DNA from: Chiloscyllium plagiosum
Taxonomy: Eukaryota
Assembly (NCBI RefSeq): GCF_004010195.1
Contig: NC_057718.1
Location: 95,623,158-95,687,157 of the forward strand
Length of the DNA stretch: 64,000 nt
Direction: 5' to 3'
The position numbers were made by a program, and so were the translations under genes. Positions 62,286 to 64,000 of the stretch are shown here, piece by piece. Within the stretch, counting starts at the first letter, position 1, and each line of letters begins with the position of its first letter. Under the pieces are notes generated by a model that saw nothing but the letters and a program-made list of their open reading frames with translations, was not told the origin of the DNA and searched no databases.

Positions 62286-63805
62286 CCAGTAGGTGGAGAA
62301 AATGTATGCATTAGTCTGTTGATTTATTAATGTGGAGTTGTACAACTTTTACTCAGTGCTGAGTGAGGGATTGTCTTTGCTAGAGTTGAATTGACACAAA
62401 TGAAAGAAACTTTTTTTTAACATGCTTGCTGGACAAACTGTTTTTGACTTTCTGGCAAGTGCAATTTAACAGATTGACAATACAGAAGAGTTCAAACTGA
62501 GAAACTGGTTTGTTGATTCCATCCAATGAGTATGACTTGGATCTTGTCAGTACTCCACAGCAGAGATCCATCTCTAATCCTTTCAGTTGGATAATACTGC
62601 ATTGGCAGATCTTTGAATCTGTGAAAAACCATAAAGGAAAGTCACTAAGATAAATAAAGTATTAGTAGAAAAGGAGACGTGCTATTGCAGCTTTTTGTCT
62701 AGTATTCCTCAGGACAGAATTGCAAGAATATCAAATCTCAAACTGCAGCCATTTATTGTGCTTCAGAAAAAGGTGCCAATTATTTGGTAAGTAGGCACTC
62801 ATCATGCAAAGCATTGCAATGAAGAATGCCCCAAGTGGCAGTTAGGCCTCAAACCTTTGCTTAAATTCAAACCAAGGCAGTCAATTCTGATTGGCCAAAT
62901 CATTGTCTTGGACAGCGTAACAGTAGATGTTTGTCCCCCAGTCTTTTATCTATTTAAATAGACTTAATGTTCTTACCATTTGCATGTTTAGTGCATCCTA
63001 GCTGCCCACCATTAAACTGGAAGAGGCATTTTTTTAGATCAAACTCATGTATTCCCAGATATCCAATTGCAAACTATCCAATGAAAATGGTGAGTTGTTG
63101 AAAGCATGCTGAGCTGATCCAGTGTATGCCTCACTGAGGTGTTGTGCTGGAAGTCGAGCCCTGCTATTCCTGGGTCGTTAGAAATGTTAAATAAATTACC
63201 TTCTTTTCAGACCCATGATGATAGAGAATATAGACCAGGTTTCAGTATTTATCAAATAATTAAACCCTAGCTACAGGTAAACAGTTATCCTAGTGGTGGT
63301 AGGCCCGGAGCCTGGATTCTTGGTGATGTCAGAAGGCAGCAGAGCCAGGGTCTCCTGGGGCACTGGCATTGTCATTGCTGTTCCCGGAGGATTAGAATAC
63401 CTTGCAAAGATCTTGCAGAAACTCTGTTGTCGTGCTTGAAACCCAGCTTGAGCAGAAGATAAACTCTTATTTCAGTCATTTTCTTTTGTTCTTTTTGTAG
63501 CTCCAAATGGTTTGTAGCAACAAAACACTTTCCACTGTATCTTCAAGATACATGTGACAATAAAAACATTCATAAATTAATTATGAACCAATGGCATATA
63601 ACCCTACAAATTGAAAGTCTAAATTCCTTATAAACTACGCCTTACACATACCACGGGGTGACAAACACACAGGGAAAAGTAGGTTATGACCAAATGAAAG
63701 CTGGATGACAGTTCAGTGGTTCCTATTCACAGGTTGCTGAGATAATCCTGGTCAGTACGTTGCTTTTCAGTTGTCTTTCTCTGGATGCTTCCACTAGTTT
63801 GCAAG

Positions 63806-63989
63806 ATGTGGAGGTGCCGATATTGGACTGGGGTGGACAAAGTCAGAATTCACATGACACTGGTTAAAGTCTGACAGGTTTATTTGAAACTGCAAGCTTT
63901 TCGAACCCTGCTCCTCAGCCTAACCTGTCTGAGGAAGGAGCTGGACTCTGAAAGCTTGTGGTTCCAAATAAACCTTTTGGACTATAACG
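63806..63989. mobile_element. P2 fold-back mini-element
   Basis: Inverted arms; TSD tagtttgcaag 63795-63805 and 63990-64000. Confidence 0.8.
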
Positions 63990-64000
63990 TAGTTTGCAAG

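Overview
Repeat-dense vertebrate genomic DNA, almost certainly elasmobranch (shark), judged by the many HE1-type V-SINEs and their partner HER1/CR1 LINEs. All long ORFs in the track are retroelement fragments (CR1 reverse transcriptase, Penelope RT/GIY-YIG) or chance frames. The window holds CR1/HER1 LINEs, HE1 SINEs, a second tRNA-SINE with its partner LINE, Rex1, L2 and DeuSINE relics, and at least four Penelope-like (PLE) families whose termini carry minimal hammerhead-ribozyme motifs, often as short fold-back insertions with clear TSDs. Three copies of a ~235-bp LTR-like element (TG..CA, CCAAT, TATA, AATAAA) are present. The most striking structure is at 10.56-12.47 kb: five Tx1-like LINE ends are stacked head-to-tail, each starting at the same motif in this LTR's TATA box, with LTR post-TATA sequence repeated between units. 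This suggests a promoter-targeting, self-regenerating retroelement. Host-gene evidence is limited to splice-signal-based candidate exons (two minus-strand genes, unidentified) and a possible bidirectional promoter near 9.2-9.5 kb. Repeat boundaries are by eye and approximate; family names are from recall, not database searches.
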